From assembly GCF_009914755.1 (NCBI RefSeq), contig NC_060948.1: a stretch of 64,000 nt of DNA; one strand, 5' to 3'. The notes beneath the pieces were generated by a model that was not told the origin of the DNA, searched no databases, and saw only the letters and a list, made by a program, of their open reading frames with translations. The DNA is from the human T2T-CHM13v2.0 reference genome, Homo sapiens. The position numbers and the translations under genes were made by a program. Below, piece after piece: positions 61,757 to 64,000 of the stretch (positions within the stretch are counted from its first letter, which is position 1; every line of letters begins with the position of its first letter).

Positions 61757-63219
61757 GGGCTGGAATCAAACGGAATGGAATGCTGTGCAATCAAATAGAA
61801 TGAAAGAGAATCAAATCCAATCGAATGGATTGGAAAGGAATTGACTGAAATGGAATGGACTAGAATGGAAGGCAAAGGAATGGAATCTATAGGAATGGAC
61901 TGTAATGGAATGGAATGGAAGGGATTGGAATGGAATCGAATGGAATGGACTGCAATAGAAAGGATTCGAATGGAATGGAAAAGAATTGAATGGAATAGAA
62001 CAGAATGGAATCAAATCGAATGAAATGGAATGGAATAGAAAGGATTCGAATGGAATGCAATCGAACGGAATGGAATCGAACGGAATGGAATAAAATGGAA
62101 GAAAACTGGCAAGAAATGGAATCGAAATGAATGGAGTGTTATGGAACGGACTCAAAAGGAATTGAATGTAATAGAATGGAGTGGAGTGGACTCGAATATA
62201 ATGGACTGGAATGGAATGAAATCACATGGAATGGGAACGAATGGAATGGAATGGAAAGGAATGGAATCGAATGGAAAGGAATCGAATGGAAGGGAATGAA
62301 ATTGAATCAACAGGAATGGAAGGGAATAGAATAGACGGTAATGGAATGGACTCGAATAGAATGGACACGAATGCTCAAATTGAATGGACTCGAATGGAAT
62401 GGAAACGAAAGGAATGTCATCGAATGTAATTGAATCGATTGGAATGAAATCGCATAGAATGGAGTGGAATCAAATGGAATTGAGTCGAAAGGAAAGGAAG
62501 CGAATGGACTGAAATGAAATGGAATGGAATTGAATGGAAAGTAATGCAATGGAATAGAATGGAACGAAATTTCACGGAATGGAATCAAACTGAATGGAAT
62601 CAAATCAATGGAATCAAATCAAATGGAATGGAAAGGAATTGAATGGAGTAGATGGCATTGGATGGGATTGGAATGAAATGTACTGGAAAGAACTCGAATT
62701 TCATGAAACGGAATGGAATGAATTGGAACGGAATGGACTCGAATGGAATGGAATGTCATGGAATGGCATCAAATGGAATGGCATCAAATGGAATGGAATC
62801 GAATGCAATAGAATGCTATGGAATGGAATGGAATGCATTGGAATGGAATGTCCTCTAATGGAATGGATTCGAGTGGAATGGAATCGAATATAATGGAGTC
62901 GAATGAAATGGAATTGAAAGGAATGGGACCGAATACAATGGAATATACTGGAATGTAATGTAATGAACTCGAATGTAATTGACTGCAATGGAATGTACAT
63001 GAATGGAATGTAATCGAATGGAAAGTAATCCAATGGAATAGAATCTAAAGCAATAAAATCGACTCAAATAGAATAGAATGTAATGGAATGGAGTGCAGTG
63101 CAATGGAATGGAATGGAATGGAATGCAGAGGAATGGAATGGAATGGAATGCAATGGAATGGAATGTATTAGAATGTAATGAACATTAATGGAATGTACTC
63201 GAATGGATTCGACTGGAAT

Positions 63220-63234
63220 GGAATGTTCTGGAAG
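63220..63234. promoter_or_regulatory. Perfect heat-shock element motif
   Basis: gGAAtgTTCtgGAAg; motif match only. Confidence 0.4.
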
Positions 63235-63499
63235 TTTATGGACTCCAATGGAATAGATTCGAAAGGAATGGTATCGAAAGGAATGGAATCTAATGGAATG
63301 GAATTAAATGGAAATGAATCAAATTGAATAGCACGGAATTGAATTGAATGGAATAGAATGCAATGTAATCTAATGAAACAGAAAGGAAAGGAATGGAATG
63401 GAATGGAATGGGCTGGAATGGAATGGAATCAAAACGAATGGAATGGAATCGAACTAAAGAGACTGGAATGGAATGCACTGGAATGGAAGGGAGTGTAAT

Positions 63500-63514
63500 G
63501 GAAGGTTCTCGAAA
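63500..63514. promoter_or_regulatory. Perfect heat-shock element motif
   Basis: gGAAggTTCtcGAAa; motif match only. Confidence 0.4.
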
Positions 63515-64000
63515 AAAATGGAATCGAATGGAATGGAATTGAATGGAACGGAATAGAGTCGAATGGAATTGAATGGAATGGAATGGACTAGAGTGAAATG
63601 GAATCGAACCACAAGGAATGGACAGGAATAGAATGGTCTCGAATTGAATGGAATCGTATGGAATGGCATCAAACGGAATGGAATGGACAGCCACGGAATG
63701 GAATGCACTCGAATGCAATGGAGTCGAAACTAATGGACTGGAATAGAATGGACTCGACTGGTACGGACTCCAATGGAATGGAATCGAATGGAAGGGAATC
63801 GAACGGAATGGACTCGAAGGGAAAAGACTGCAATGGAAAGGTCTCGAATGGAATGGAAATTAATGGAATGGAATGGAATCGAATGAAGTGGAGTCAAAAG
63901 GAATGGAATCGAATGGCAAGAAATCGAATGTAATGGAATCGCAAGGAATTGATGTGAACGGAACGGAATGGAATGGAATCCAAAGGAATGGAATAGGATG

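Larger units (their letters stand above)
61525..64000 (+). repeat. DYZ1: HSat3 (satellite III) degenerate (GGAAT)n, DYZ1-like; runs off the window end
   Basis: Continuous 5-bp-phased GGAAT with typical variants (GGACT, CGAAT, GCAAT, AGAAT, GTAAT). It is adjacent to DYZ2, as in Yq12. The window is too short to show the ~3.6-kb DYZ1 period. Confidence 0.88.

Noticed and set aside
62761-62790. 15-bp tandem duplication gaatggcatcaaatg x2
   Set aside because: Ordinary slippage of three pentamers in HSat3.
61575-63933. ORFs up to 142 aa rich in MEWN or FHSIP
   Set aside because: These are translations of (GGAAT)n/(ATTCC)n, which has no stop codons in any frame when pure.

Overview
This window is human-type satellite heterochromatin with no credible gene. 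Bases 1 to ~61,524 are a head-to-tail array of a ~2.42-kb composite unit: an antisense, slightly 5'-truncated Alu (~292 bp), a ~570-bp mixed-sequence HSATI-type segment, and ~1.56 kb of extremely AT-rich degenerate simple repeat. This is the architecture of DYZ2/HSat1B. There are 25 Alu-bearing units plus one internally deleted unit. At ~61,524 the array joins abruptly to a degenerate (GGAAT)n satellite (HSat3/DYZ1-like) that runs to the end. The combination points to a DYZ2/DYZ1 block boundary in human Yq12. All ORFs in the track are artefacts of the repeats. I found no new gene system. The points worth checking concern array evolution and possible cis signals: subfamily blocks with hybrid units, a ~170-bp insertion built from fold-back palindromes, a ~1.12-kb deletion of Alu plus HSATI, an older diverged layer at the array edge with CpG/TpG polarity, perfect heat-shock elements in HSat3, and a cryptic Alu exon in the units. 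Variant comparisons were made by eye and coordinates are accurate to a few bases.
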